Below are positions 48,690 through 62,000 of a stretch of 64,000 nt of DNA, one piece after another; the first letter of the stretch is position 1; every line of letters starts with the position of its first letter. The stretch lies in assembly GCF_018350175.1 (NCBI RefSeq), contig NC_058368.1:237524001-237588000 (forward strand). The letters run 5' to 3'. Position numbers and translations under genes: made by a program. The notes under the pieces were generated by a model that made no database searches, was not told the DNA's origin, and worked only from the letters and a program-made list of their open reading frames with translations. Origin of the DNA: Felis catus. Its lineage: Eukaryota.

Positions 48690-49080
48690 TTTAAGGGCTG
48701 GCGGTGGGTGGACTGGAGTGGGAGGCAGCCGCTGGGCTCGGTGAGACCCAGTCGCGTGTGGGGGTCCGGTTGGGCAGCTGCAGCTGCGGGTCCGCGGCGA
48801 GGCGGGGGCAGGGCCGGGCCCGGCGGTGGGGGGTGGGGGGTCCAGCGGGGCTCCCGGGGCTTTCGGCGAGGGGGGTCCCGGCCGGGGGCCCTGGGGGTGC
48901 CCGGGCACCGCGTTCACCCTGGAGGCGCCCCCGAGCCCTCCCGCCAGAGCAGATGGGGCAGGCGGCCAGCGTGGGCAGGGCGAGCGGTGTCCCCGGTGGG
49001 CAGGCTGGCCGGCCCCCTCCCTGGACGAAGCTGGACTGGAGAAGACGTGCCCGGTTGGAGCCTGAGCTTCCGGATTTTCC
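48690..49080. promoter_or_regulatory. Small CpG island between two AT-rich motif blocks
   Basis: GC/CpG-dense with G-runs. Confidence 0.55.
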
Positions 49081-51519
49081 AGAAAGCAAAAATGGAAGCA
49101 GGGAACGTGGGGGGTTTTCTGTCCTTCCAAACGCACCTTGCTAAACGCTTCCTCTCGCCAAACCAGTCATTTGCAGCTGCGCCTCAACTGAGGACGCCCA
49201 CTCCTGCCTCACCTCTGCGTGAGTCATCAGAACGAACACCCGACCCTCCTTGGCCTTCTCGGGAGACTTTGGAGGTTAGAAAGAGAAATTGAGTTTTGAC
49301 CCGCGCAAAGACCTGCGGGTTCCCGAGGACCGACCGAGTCAGCGCTCGGGAGGTGGGAGGTTTGGGATTTGGCAAAGGATCCCACGTTCCGGCTGTTCCC
49401 CCCTCTAATTTGTTACGAGCCTCGTTCCTAATATTAACGGATTAATTGCAAGTGAAAGCAATTAAATACTAATGAATCCATTTTCTGAACAATGCCTTTC
49501 TTTTATCTATAAACCGTTTACATACGATATTTTGGTAGCAATTAAATATCACAATACAGCCCAGCGCTTTCCGAACCGTGTTCGGACAGGTGAACAGGCG
49601 CTGGCTACTTGTTGCTATCACCTGAGACGGTTGAGCAACAGGGCGGAGAGGGGGTGCGGCCAGGGCTGACCCACGGGCAGGCACGGGTTGCAGAGGGCGT
49701 AGGGAGCAGGTGCACTCCGGGGTCCCGCCGCACCCGTCCTGTGGCCTGACCGTGGTGGACCACATCCCCCTTGCAGGCGTGAAGGCGAGCACAGCCTGAG
49801 CTCCCCAGCGGGAGGAGCCAAGGGGACTCCACTGGAGAAGCCGGACAGCCGCCAGGAAGGCCCCAGCCCCTCGTTCCCAGAGGAGGTATTCGGGGGCAAC
49901 TTCCTCACGTCAGAGGCGGCTGTTCAGGCCCAGGCAGGTGTCCACCGGGGGTGGGCAAACTCATCTGGGGCAAAGACGGGCGCGGGTTTCATTATGAGCG
50001 GATTGAACCCCACTCGTTCATTTGCGAGCTCATCAACGGCAGCCCAGCTCTCTAATCCTGGGGAGGCTCCCAGGCCAACGGGTGACCTTTTAAAGGAGCC
50101 TCGTGTCCCACGGCTGCTACGAGGACAGGATGCATTCTAGGCCTCAGCTCAAGAAGGCACAGGGCCCCGTTCTTCCAGCGGAAATCCCAGACACTGAGGT
50201 TGTGGGGGACGCCGTGGCCGCGGGAAGGCGGTGCCCAGAGAGCCGTCCCCGCCGGGCCATCCAAGTTCAGACTGAGGGCCGTTCTCTGTCGGCGGGGCTG
50301 CTGCCTGGGGCCCAGGCGCAGCTCGCCGAGCACAGAGAGGGTCTTTGTAAGCTGGTCTGATGGTGTTCTTTGGCATTTCCCTGGTAACGAACCCATCCAT
50401 GAATGTCTCCAGGAGCCTGGGCTGCGCCCCTCCCCCTCATGTCCTAGTCCCTCCCTCCTTTTGCCTCATTGTTTCCCACACTGAACCCCATTTCCGAACT
50501 GGGGGGGGCTGCTGCAGGGCCCTCATCATCCTCTGCAGAGAGGCCTACATGCATTTCTGGGTCTCTTCTCTGCTCACCCTCCTTTCTCCATAGCTTCTGT
50601 TTCTTCGCCAACGTTGCTGTCGTCGTTGACAAGGACACTTCCGAGATCCTGCACCTCCTGAGTGAGGGGGCGCCCGCTTCCCACCCGCAGGAGGGCCAGG
50701 CATGCCTTTTCCCTCCCTTCCAACCTCTCCGGCTGAGGGGGCGCAAGTAAGGACGTGGGTGTTCTCAGGAGCCCCTTTGCAGAGGCCTTTTCAGAAATAC
50801 CATAGTTCGGGGAGTAAAACAGCGATTTCTCTAAGGACATCGTTCTCAGAGACTTGCTAAAGTCACAAATACTTGTAGGTGAGGTCAAGTGTTCCAACAC
50901 AGATTACTGCTTCCAGAAAAACTTACTGGGTCCCCACTCGCCGCTCTCCCTGCCGCTGTTGCTCTGCCGGGGAGACGGGGTTTAGTGTCGGGCGGGGACG
51001 GACGTGGGACTCGGGAGGAAGCGGGAAGGTCTGGGTCGCCAGCGTGCTTCAGAGACCGACCGTGGGGCCGCCCAGACTCGCCCTGCTGACGGACTCAGCA
51101 CTTGCGCTGTCTTTTACTCAGGAGGCCACGTTAATCCAGGGATCTCCCGCCCGGCTCGAGAGGAGTCGGTTTGCTAAACCCGAGCGCGCACATCACAGCT
51201 ATCCCACGACCCGAACCTGTGGATCTGATCCGCGGCTTTCTCTGCAAAGTCGGGTACCATTCCCCAGCATTAGCGATTGCTCTGGACTCTGTGTTGACAT
51301 GACATGCGATAATCCTGGCTCCCGTGTCTTCTCCTAGCTTGTTGATACAAATGTCCGTCTTTTGCTTTTCTGTCGTTGGCTTAGTGTGGTTTTACATGAG
51401 TCATTATGTATTGTTACCCACAGATAACTTGCTTTAAAAACGCTTCTTTGAGAATTATTCATACTACTTTACAGAAGAGGCCTCACAATTAAAACCATCG
51501 AGTATTTGTCCAGGAGAAG

Positions 51520-52180
51520 ATGGAAGGATTAATGGAGTGAAGTTCCTTGTCCGAGGAAGGCTGACATACAGAGGGCATCTCCACATTACAAAGGCGGCCT
51601 CCACACTGACCAGGAGACGAGGGCGTATTTCCGGTGTGCAGGCGCTCCTGGCCAGCCGTTTGGAAAGAAGGAACGTCTTATGTGAAAAAAGAAAATAATG
51701 TCTTATGTGAAAAGCTCATCTAAAACAATACGAATATGTGTCTTACCTGAAAATGAATTTAAGGTGCGCAAAGTATTCAAATATGAGAAATGAAACCATG
51801 AAGGTCAGGAAGAAAATTCAGTGCATTTTTGTTACATTGGTCTGGTGTGGAGAAGGACTTCCAAATACAGATCGCGATTATTCTGAAAAAAGAACGAAAA
51901 CTTTGCCTAATTCACATGTAGAGTCTACTGAAGACAAATAAAAACGAAAATAAAGTAAGAAGATGACGGAATGGGAGAAAGAAACATTTTTTTACAAGGA
52001 AGGGAGCGCCACAAATCGGGAAGGGGGGGCCACACGCAAACAGAAGGACGCCGAGGTCCAGGCACAGACGCGGCTCAACTCTGGCTCAGCGCACGCGCCC
52101 TGCCCACCTGCCCAAAGTGCCCAACGTTGCAGATGATGGGAAATCGAGAATAAGATGTCCACGTTTAAGCTGGCAAACAT
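51520..52180 (+). mobile_element. Ancient L1 (L1ME-like) ORF2 fragment
   Basis: AAATATGAGAAATGAAACCATGAAGGTCAGGAAGAAAAT...TGGTGTGGAGAAGGACTTCC resembles the L1 ORF2 3' region. Confidence 0.55.
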
Positions 52181-52437
52181 CTAACTTTTGTCGGGCGGGT
52201 CAGGGGCGCTCTCCCACACCCCGTGTCATGTCCGGTGCTGCTTGAGGAAGTTAACAAAATGTATTTAAATTCAAGATGTACAAGGTCATTAAGAGAATAA
52301 TTTCCCCTTTCCTCTGTGTTGCTGCTGTCTGATCATTACAACCTGCTTTTCCTGATTATTGTTGATAAATACACAGCACTTTCCTAACAAGAAGAATAGC
52401 GATTTGGAGATTAAATATTCTTCCTCACATGTATACA

Positions 52438-52633
52438 TTTTTCTGAAGTTTATTTATTTTATTTTGAGAAAGAGAGACAGAGGGAAAAAGAGAGAGGGAG
52501 AAGGAGAATCCCAAGCAGGCTCCAAGCTATCAGCGCAGAGCCCGACATGGGGCTCGAACTCACCAACCATGAGATCACGACCTGAACCAAAATCAAGTCA
52601 GATGCTCAACTGCCTGAGCCACCCAGACGCCCC
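52438..52633 (-). mobile_element. Can-SINE
   Basis: TTTATTTATTTTATTTTGAGA...GGGGCTCGAACTCAC...CTGAGCCACCCAGACGCCCC. Confidence 0.92.
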
Positions 52634-53299
52634 TGGGCGTCTTTTAAGCTCTAAACATTCCAAATCAAAATTTCAAAGTAAAAGTTATTCTTGAGTTAAA
52701 CCCCACCTCGGTCCTGAAACAAAGTGGGCTGGCTTCTGGTCGAGACACAGAAGTCTTGGTGCCTTTGGACGGGGAGACGGGACAGTGTGGAGCAGGAGGG
52801 GCCGGAGCGTGTCAACCTGCCTGGCACACCCCTCTCCCCTTGCCACCGGCTACTTTGAAAACGAGAAGAAAAGAAGACTGGTTATATAACGAATGCGTCC
52901 ACGAGTTAACAAACTTAGGGACCGTTGATGCTGTTGCCCTGGTCCGACTTCTCATAAAGGGGCGCAGGACAGAAGACGAACAGCCTCCCTTTCCCCATGA
53001 CCCACGGAGGACGAGCCCTTCCCACCGAGAAGTATGGAGGTTTCATCACTGCCAGGGAGCCCGCCCGACCCCTCCCAGTGGTCGCTGAGGCCTGGGGGCG
53101 CCTCTCCTTGGGGGACCATGGTTTTCTGAGCAGAGGTTGGATCTCTGGCACCTTCCATAAGTTTCAGAGTCTGTAGCGGCCTTGGGCTGACAGGGGAGCC
53201 CAGCATCACTCCTTGTTGGCGCCCTGATCCTCAGGACTTCTTTGATGATGGGACTTGGGGATACAAAGTATGAGCCTAAGCTTCTAAGTCTCCCACTCT

Positions 53300-53514
53300 T
53301 TAATTTTTTTAAAAAAAGTATTTACTTATTTTTGAGAGAGAGAGAGAGAGAGAGAGAGAGCACACAGGCAGGGGAGGAGACACAGAATCCGAAGCAGGCT
53401 CCAGGCTCCGAGCTGTCAACACAGAGCCCGATGCGGGGCCCGAACTCACGAACCGCGAGATCATGACCTGAGCCGAAGTCAGACGCTCAACCTACTGAGC
53501 CACCCAGGCGCCCC
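53300..53514 (-). mobile_element. Can-SINE (SINEC_Fc-like) with TSD
   Basis: Reverse SINE. TSD AAGTCTCCCA(C/T)TCT at 53286-53299 and 53517-53530. Confidence 0.95.
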
Positions 53515-56294
53515 TGAAGTCTCCCATTCTGTTTAGCTTTTCCTGGTTAACCCATCACTTCTTTCTTTTAAGCCCTAACCCCTCAGAGGGCACACAGACA
53601 GAATTCAGGTTCGCTATGAGAGAATTCGGCACACGTGAGGCTCTCTGTTGCAGGGCTCGTGAACCCTAGTGCACACCCCCTGGGCGTGCCGAGAGCCTGT
53701 GCGGGGCAGAGCATAAAGCGTTGTCAGGAAGTGGGGCCCCGGGGTTTGGAAGCTGTCGATCCCGCTCTTGGTTTTGTAGGGGTGGGATCCCACCGCCGGC
53801 TTCGCGTCTGCCCGCCGTGGCTGCTGTCACCGGCAGGTTGTTTTCAGCACAGCCGGTGCCTCTTCCATGGTGGGGTTGATTGGCTTTCCGAGATGCTCTG
53901 ATGTTACCCAGCCCACGAGACTTGTGCCTCTCTGGCTGGACACTACTGAGTTTGCATCCTTTATGGCCAGGGCTGCCCTGCCCGAAGTGTGGCATCTGTA
54001 AACAAATGTGCGTGATGTCGTGTGCATGGTTTCGCTCAGAATTAAGAGCGAGGCATTCCTTTTGCAAGATGTCTTCATCTGTTTGAAACAATGTATCAAA
54101 ATTTTGCCCTGGTTCTGGAGGCTTTCTCCAAATCCATGGTTTCTCGTCACTAGGTGCTCTACAACTGTGTCTGGAACAAAGACACGGACCTGCCCGGGAC
54201 AGAGGGGCGGTGGCCAGGGACAGCGACCCAGTTCACGAAGTCTGACCGAGTGCATGAGGTGGGGGTTGGCCTCAGCATCGCCCCTTCCACTGACCAGGCT
54301 TCCCCCCGTCTCCCCTGCCCTCTCGGCATCACCGTCCTGAGACCAACCTCTTGCGCTAGAGTTGAAGTCGTTTTCCGTGACAGTGGATTGGAACTTGTGA
54401 ATTTCCAAGAACTGGCAATGCAAATAAATGTATGTTAGGCTGGACGAAAGGGTGCCAGCTCTTACTTGAAAGGAAAAAGACAATAAAAGTCAACAAAACC
54501 AAAACGCATCTACTCTTAGATACTATCACCAGCTTTCATGAAGGAAAGGCATTTTAACACCCGAACTATAGAAAGTTGAAACTCACAATAAAGAAACACG
54601 CTTTCCAAGCACAGTGGGTTGGCAGCTTGGTAACCCGCATACACTACATTTTTCTAGTTTTTTCTATCCGCTCGCAGACCACTGGAACTTCCGCGGCTGA
54701 GTGGTAGTTGGGAGCCACCACCCCAGCGCGTGCTTCCCTGTGTCTGTGTCCTATCGCTTCCTTAGCTATCAGTGGAAGGAAGCCAGGTGATTATTTTGTC
54801 TCAAGGCAGGAATAATTTACAAATCTTCCCAAATATACTTCTGTCCATTGGAAATGGATTAAACATAAACAGGTAACAGAGTTGCTTCCAGAAGAATTGC
54901 CTCATTCATCAACTTTTACTCCAGCTGTTGGCCAACTTGTGCATTAAGCCAAATCTCATTCCTAAAGACTGCTTTGATCTCCTCTGCCTGCCATCCTGAG
55001 AATCTCATGTAACGTGAGCTGTGTTCTGTGGTAATTTCGTGATGTGGAGTCAGCTGAGGAATCCATTGGCTTTGGATTTCGTAATGTATGCACACCGCTG
55101 GCTTTGTGCAACACAGAGCATTTCAAATAGGCAGACTTTCATTTCTTTGTCTGAATTTGTTTTGGCCGAGAACACTGTGTCACTGCTCGGGCCCGCCAGC
55201 GACACAGGATCGGAGCTTATTATTTAAGGATCGGAGCTTAAGACAAAACAAACACAGAGACACCGGAGCGGACGAGGCTGCACCTTTGCAAGAACACGCA
55301 GATCAAACGATCAGCTTGTTAAAACTTTGCTCATTTCGGTGTTCTCAGATTGAGCTATGCAAATCATCATCGAGGAAGCGCGGAACTGAATGATTGTCTT
55401 GATGAGCCCAAGACGTCAAAACAATCCAGCTCGAGAGAACAGGTGTAACAGGGCGGCTCTGTTCCGCAGCAATTGAAGCACGAGAGCACAGGGCTCCTTG
55501 GGTTCCAGCCTAATACACAGAGTTTTCAGGGTGATCAGACCGCTGTTTATCCAGGCACACCTAATGTCTAGGGTAAACTGCCTGCCAGGGCTCTGAGCTG
55601 TCGGCTGAGTAAATGAATGACTTTCTCGCTCCTCTTCAGGTTACTGAAGAGCTTTGTCTGTGACAAAGGGAGCCAATCACCAGCTCAAAGGTGGCACAGT
55701 GTCAAAATCACCTTTGGGTTTAGGAGCCTTTCCATCCACAGATCTGGCTGGTCACGTAATCCTGCAGATGGTAATGGTGGGCGATGCTGGCTGGAGTCTT
55801 TGCAGCAGACAGGACGGGAGAGGAGGAGCGTGGCTCACGTCCAGCCTCATCAGAAGAGCGGAGGGGGTCGGTGCCCCAGGTGCACATGGATGATCGGTAG
55901 CATATTTGAGTCGTACCAGGAAAGTCAGAAGGTTGTTGCTTGCATAGTGACCAGACTAGAATTACATTTATAAGGGAACGTTTCCTCTGTTCAAGATGAC
56001 AGTGGGGGAGCCATTTAACTCCAAGCCCGTTTTAACTTGTGGTACGGAACGTTCAGAGTCGTCAGTCTACGTTGTAGTATGGTCTTCTGTGACAGTAAAT
56101 ACGCTTGGCTGAAGGTAGAATCACCACGAGGAACTAGCCCGAAATCTCATAACACCTCGCAGGCGAAGAAAATGTAAACACAAAATCCAATAACCAATAA
56201 AGCAATGCTATTTATTTGGAGTCTCCAAATAAAATATGTTTATAAATAATGAAACTGATTGTTTTTGAGATTTTTTAAATGTGGTTGGTAACAA

Positions 56295-56514
56295 GGACGC
56301 TTGGATGGCTCAGTCTGTTAAGCATCTGACTCTTGATTTCGGCTCAGGTCATGATTTCATGGTTCGTGAGACCTAGTCCTGCATTGGGCTCCATGCTGAC
56401 AGCACAGAGCCTGCTTAGGATTCCGTCTCTCCCCCTCTCTCTGCCCTTCCTTTCTCACTCTATCTCTCTCTCTCTCAAAAAATAAATAAACTAAAAAATA
56501 AAATAAAATAAAAA
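56295..56514 (+). mobile_element. Can-SINE with TSD
   Basis: GGACGCTTGGATGGCTCAGTCTGTTAAG head and A-tail. GTGGTTGGTA occurs on both sides. Confidence 0.93.
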
Positions 56515-56744
56515 GTGGTTGGTATGATAATTCCAAAACGATTTTTTTTTAAGTTCTGACATTTAAAAAACATGCTTGCATGATTGGGGTAAGCATATAC
56601 TAAAACTAACACTTGTGTTGTTGAACACAAGACATTAGGTGTCATGGTAAGTGTTTTCTATGCATAATGCCATTTAATTTCCATAGAGACTTTTTATCTC
56701 AACCCATGGTTTCTTTTGAAGGACAATTATCTTAAAAACATAAT

Positions 56745-57930
56745 AAATTTCCTTGTGCACCAAAGGACACTGTCAAAAGAGTAAAAAAGGCAACCTTCAG
56801 GATGGGAGGAAATATTTACAAATCACATATCTGGTAAGGAGTTCATACCCAGAATACATAAAGAACTCCGACAACCAAGCAACAAAGAAAACAAAAACCC
56901 TGATTTAAAAATGGGCAAAGCACTTGAACAGACGTTTCTCCAAAGAAGATATACAAGTGTCCAAGAAGCACATGAAAAAAAAAATGTTCAAGATCAATAA
57001 TCATTAGGGGAATGTAAGTCATAGCGTTGATGGCATACCACTTCATACCCATGAGGCTGCCTACTACTGAAAAAAGAAAAACAGAAAACAAGTGCCAGTG
57101 AGAATGTGCAAAACCCAGAACTCTTGGGCACTATTGGTGGGAATGTAAATGGTGCGGCCACTCTGGAAAACAGTATGGCAGTCGTTAAAAATGTTTATTT
57201 TTTTTTAATTTTTCTTAATATGAAATTTATTGTCAAATTGGTTTCCATACAACACCCAGTGCTCCTCCCAACAGGTGCCCTCCTCCATGCCCGTCGCCCA
57301 CCCTCCCTTCCCTCCCACCCCCCCATCAACCCTCAGTTTGTTCTCAGTTTTTAAGAGTCTCTTGTGGTTTGGCTCCCTCCCATATAATCCAGTAATTCCA
57401 TTTCTGGGTGTATCTCCAAAAGCACTGAAAACAGGGACCAGAACAGATATTTGTACGTCCATGTTGATAGCCACAAAGCCAAAAGGTGGAAGCGGCTGGA
57501 ACGTCCACAAACAGATAAACGGATAAACAAGACGTGTTATGTGCATACGAGGGGATATTATTCCTGCTGAAAAAGAAAGGACGTTCTGGCACATGCTCCA
57601 TGTAGGTGAACCTCGAGGACATCGCGCTGAGTCGAACAAGCCAGGCACGGAAGGGAAAATACCAAATGACTCCCCCTGCATGAGGTGCCCAGCGTAGGCA
57701 GATTCATATGGACGGAAAGCGGGACGGCGAGCAGCAGTGGCTGCTGGGGGCCGGGATGGGGAGTCAGTGCTTACTGAGGGCCCAGGTTCGGTTTGGGAAG
57801 CTAGAGCAGTTCGGGGTGGGGAGGGTGATGATTCACACAGGGAAATGTTTGCGATGCCTCCGACCTGGGCACCTAAATGTGGTTGAAATGGCAAAGGTTC
57901 CATTAGGTATATTCTAACAACAGTCAAAAA
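56745..57930 (+). mobile_element. L1 (L1MA/MB-like) ORF2 3' end plus 3' UTR, interrupted by a younger L1 fragment
   Basis: AAAATGGGCAAAGCACTTGAACAGACGTTTCTCCAAAGAAGATATACAA, GGTGGGAATGTAAATGGTGCGGCCACTCTGGAAAACAGTATGG, and 3' end GGTTGAAATGGCAAAGGTTC..TATATTCTAACAAC. Confidence 0.9.
57194..57380 (-). mobile_element. Carnivore/felid L1 3'-terminal fragment nested in older L1
   Basis: Poly-T then ATGAAATTTATTGTCAAATTGGTTTCCATACAACACCCAGTGCTC...AACCCTCAGTTTGTTCTCAGTTTTTAAGAGTCTCTT, the recalled L1_Fc/L1_Carn tail. Confidence 0.85.
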
Positions 57931-57989
57931 CCAAAGGCAAGAAACGCAAAACACAATGAATTTCTTGCCTATTTGCCTCCAGTCGGCTC

Positions 57990-59012
57990 TAGGTGCCAAT
58001 TTCCCAGGTGTCCTCGGGCTTGCTGTGTGTCTTCACTCCTTTGCCCCCTGCCGGTCTCTCTGGCCCTCGATCTCTGCACTGAGTCAAGCCCCGGTGGCTT
58101 TGGTGGAGGAGCCACACCTCTAGTCTTGTCCCCAAGGCATTCTGTGAGATATCAGAAGTTTTAGCAAAGGCCTTGACGGCTACGTCTTTGACGAGAGCAG
58201 ATGGTAGCCCTTCCAGCTCTGAAAGCACCCTTGTCGTCTCTTCCGAGCTCAGATCTTTCTTGTCGTATCACGTCAAGCACAGCCAACAAACACCAGCACC
58301 TGCCGCTAACCTACCATCCCCCTGTGTCTCCAGTCTATGGCGAATATTGTATGCCGCCCGCGTCATCCGAGGTGAGAAGCCTTCCAAAATTCTCACCGCT
58401 TCGTAAGACGGATCTGCCCCTTCTGGGCCCCAGTACCAGTGTCCTCGATGGTTGACGCCCATCCTCTAAACCAATGCCACCTCATATTTTAGAGTTTTTG
58501 CTATGACAGCACCTCACCTCTGGTACCAGTTCTGGTATCATTTATGATGATCTAAATTACTTTTTTTGGTGACAAACCATCCTAAAATGTCAGTAGTTTA
58601 AAACCACAGATTTATTTCTTATCGTAATCTTTCAAGGGCTTATAATGTGACAGAAAAGCCATCATCCTGAATGTTGCTATCAGCCGAGGGTCCATCATGG
58701 CCCCTAGAGCTGCCTGTGTTCCTTCTCAGGCTTTCACGTGGACCCTCCCAGCCACGGTGACTCATGGCTCTCCCGCACTTCAACCCCCCCCCCCAATTTC
58801 CTTTCTGCCACTTCATTCCCGCCTCTAGCCAGAGAACGTTCTCCACTTCCAAGCTTTCATGAGATGAGACTGGGCTTACCCGGAAAGCCCAGGATGATTC
58901 CAGGTTAACGGAATCCACAAAGTCTCTTTTGCCATCTACCCTAACGTACTCACAGGTTCCAGAGAGTTTGGGCGTGGGCATCTCTGGGGAGCATTATTTG
59001 ATGGACCATACC
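57990..59012 (-). mobile_element. MaLR internal 5' portion plus LTR (MLT1E/F-like)
   Basis: Internal-to-LTR junction ATATTTTAGAGTTTTTGCTATGACAGCACCTCACCTCTGGTACCAGTTCTG near 58484-58534. LTR motifs CCACAAAGTCTCTTTTGCCAT and TCACAGGTTCCAGAGAGTTTGGGCGTGGGCATCT. Confidence 0.75.
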
Positions 59013-62000
59013 GTCACCGATTTGAAGCGGAAACAAAACAAACCAAACTCCAACTTGTGTAACCCGTGTCCTTGCCCACCTGGTCTCCATGACGACTGAC
59101 ACGTCCTCAGACCATCGTCTCTGACATTGATCCCCAGGCAGGTTCAGCCTCCTGCCTGGGGTACAGGTGGTTGTCACCAAGGGAACTGCACGGTCGAGTG
59201 GAAGGAGCCGAGTTTTGGAACTTTGTCCCTACGAGGGAACTGATCCCTGTGGTTGTTAGTTCACTCGTTTGTAAAAGAGATTGCAAAATTTTTGTGTCAC
59301 CGAAACCCTCGCTCAACGCGTTTCTTACTTGGAAGCTCATCGTGCCCGCACCTGGGGACAGCTGCGCTGGGTGAGGCCATGGCAGGTGGGAAGCCACCTG
59401 GGGGCCTCGTCCGTGTGGTCCCCATGCCTCAACCAGCACCGCCTCTCGCGAGGGGTCTCCGAGGGGGGCTTCGTCTGCCCTGGGCCCTCTCCGGACCTTT
59501 CTAGCGTGCATCGTGCGATCCAGGGAACGTGTAACTTTAAGGGCTCCTGTTTATAAAGAATCACGGCCTGAAAGTGCACGCTCTTTGTGTTCTGAAGGAT
59601 TCTTCGGCTCGCTCAAGGACGGAGGCTGACACTGAATCAGGAGTTTCAGCAGAGCCTCACTCCACATCCTCTAGATGAGATTTTTGTCCCTTTTTGAATC
59701 AGCCTCTGGGTTTCCCTTCCAGCTCCAGGAGCGGCGATTACTCAATGCACAGAGTGCTGCCTTCCTGATAGATATCTCTGCCGACGTGGTTTGATCGGGT
59801 TCATTTGTACAGCTCGGGGAGCTGTCCCGATCTTCCCCGGCTTCTGGTGGCCTGCTTGCAGGCAAACACCTGCCGGGACCTGCCGGCCGCCAGGGCACCT
59901 CGGGACAGCAGCCCTCGCATCCGTTCTGTCTCCAACCGTGTGAAAGGCAGAAACCAAGGGCTCACGACGGTCCGCGAGCACAGATTTTTTTAAAAAACCC
60001 TTACAAGAAGGAAATGTATTTATTTGCCAACCATGTGAGTTTCAAATTGCAAATACGGCAAACCGTCAGCACAACTTGAGGGATGCATTTCACACCCTAC
60101 AGGATTGCGTTTGACATCTTTTGTGAAGGTTAGTTTTGGGGTTCCCACGGGGACATACCCCATCTCGACGAAGAGAGATGACACCTTCAGAAAATCGAGG
60201 CCGGAAAACTTGGGCTACATCGTGGTGATGTTTTCACAGGTTAGGAGAGGAGCAGATTCAGCTCGGATGACGGCACTCGCCGTGTGACCCGACCCATGCA
60301 GACTCTGTCCACCGGCTTCGGGGGTTTTAGGTGAGCGGTAGGTGGGTGGCTGGGCGGGTGGGCAGCGACACCCAGGATCCAGGTCTCTCCACACCTGGCC
60401 GCTGGTGTGAGGTCGCCCGGGTCGTGCTCACAGGTGGCAGGGTTGGCCACGCAGAGTTACCCTGCATTGTTCAGGACACTGTGGCCCCGGTGGCCTTCCC
60501 TGCTGAGCACAGACAATGCTCTCTCTCTGCTGAGTGGCTCTCCCGTGGCCTCCCCAGGCCTCCTTGCATTTGGGGGAGTCCTCTGACGGAGACGGCAGCC
60601 TCTCAAAACTGGGGAAGTGAGAGACGGCTCCCAGTCCCCACCAAGATGTCCGGCCCCTCATTCCATACACGCATGTCACCGTGCTGGGGACTTCTGGGCG
60701 GGCCCGCAGCTAAGGTCACAGTGGACCCGATGGCTGGAGGCCTCGTGCAGAGAGTTGGGGAAGGAATTAGAAACAGTGCTTTCGAACCACCCTAAACGGA
60801 GGTGAACTACACAAGTATGTCTGCCCCTGGAAGCACTCCCGAGTTCATCGGTGGGCTCTAGACTTCTCACAAGTTAACTGCCAGGCCAGTGACCCTGGGG
60901 GACTGCAAGCAAGGAGCTGTGGCTTCGTTTCACTCTTTACTCAAGTTCTGACTTGAGCAGCCAACGTTTTCCCTGGCTTCGATCTTGTCAAATTGCGCTA
61001 ATCTTTCGGCTGGGCAAATGGCATCAAAATAGGCTCCTGTCATCTTCCCTTCTGTATCTGAGTGAGGAGTGTTTGGGGACATCTCTGTATCCACCCAAGG
61101 TCTTGGCTTCTCAATAAAGGGATGAAAACAGGGACTTAATGGTGGAGAAGATCTCGTCAGTGGCTTCGAGCACATAACAGGGCCGGGACCAGCTGTTAGT
61201 CCGAATAAACATTAACACAAAGGACAGTCAATGGTAGTTAAGTTCACACTTCACGAGGTCGCCTTTGCTGTGGCAGGACTGTGTCCAGTCTGTGCGTGTA
61301 GGTCACTATCTCGACTGTTTTTCCAGGGGTCCCTGACTGTGACCAGGGCACAGACAACGTCTCTTTGGAAAAGTCCTTACTGCCACCCAGTTATGACATG
61401 GGGGACCCTTGGATACTGGGGATCTCGTTAGTTTCTAAGGGGCTATCATCAATGTGACATCATCACAAATCAGTGCCACAGAAGGGAGAGATGCACAGCC
61501 ATGAAGTCACCCCCAAACACGGGTTCTCCCTCAGCTCTTTGCCGTTAGGGATTTCTTTGTAATACGGAACCCAGGTTCCTGTGATTTAAACTTAAAAACT
61601 GCGTGCTTAATGGATCATAATTGCCATATTCCAAAATCTCTTGAAAAACAGAAATTGCAGGACAGGGTTTGCACCGCGCCTAGCCCGCTAGACTCTGGAA
61701 GGCCTGATGGCAAGGTGGCCTCGGCTGGTGCCTGTGGACGTGGATTTAGGGAGCACCTCATCACCTAACCGATAGGAGGGGTTCCTGTGCCCAGACTGCG
61801 TGTACAGACTGTGGGTTTGCGCTGAGTCCTGCCTTCCTGCCGGGAGTCTGGGATTTCGGCACCGGTGGCCAGAGGATGCCCCGTAACATCCCTGGGCCTG
61901 GGTCTCTGGGGAGCTTCCCTGGGGGCCGTGTTGACCCTGTTGGCCTGACCCCTTGCTGGGGAAGTAAGCGTGTCCTCCGATGCCCTAGCAGAGGGCCCTG

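Noticed and set aside
11940..56514. tRNA genes at SINE heads
   Set aside because: The A/B-box-like motifs belong to tRNA-derived Can-SINEs.
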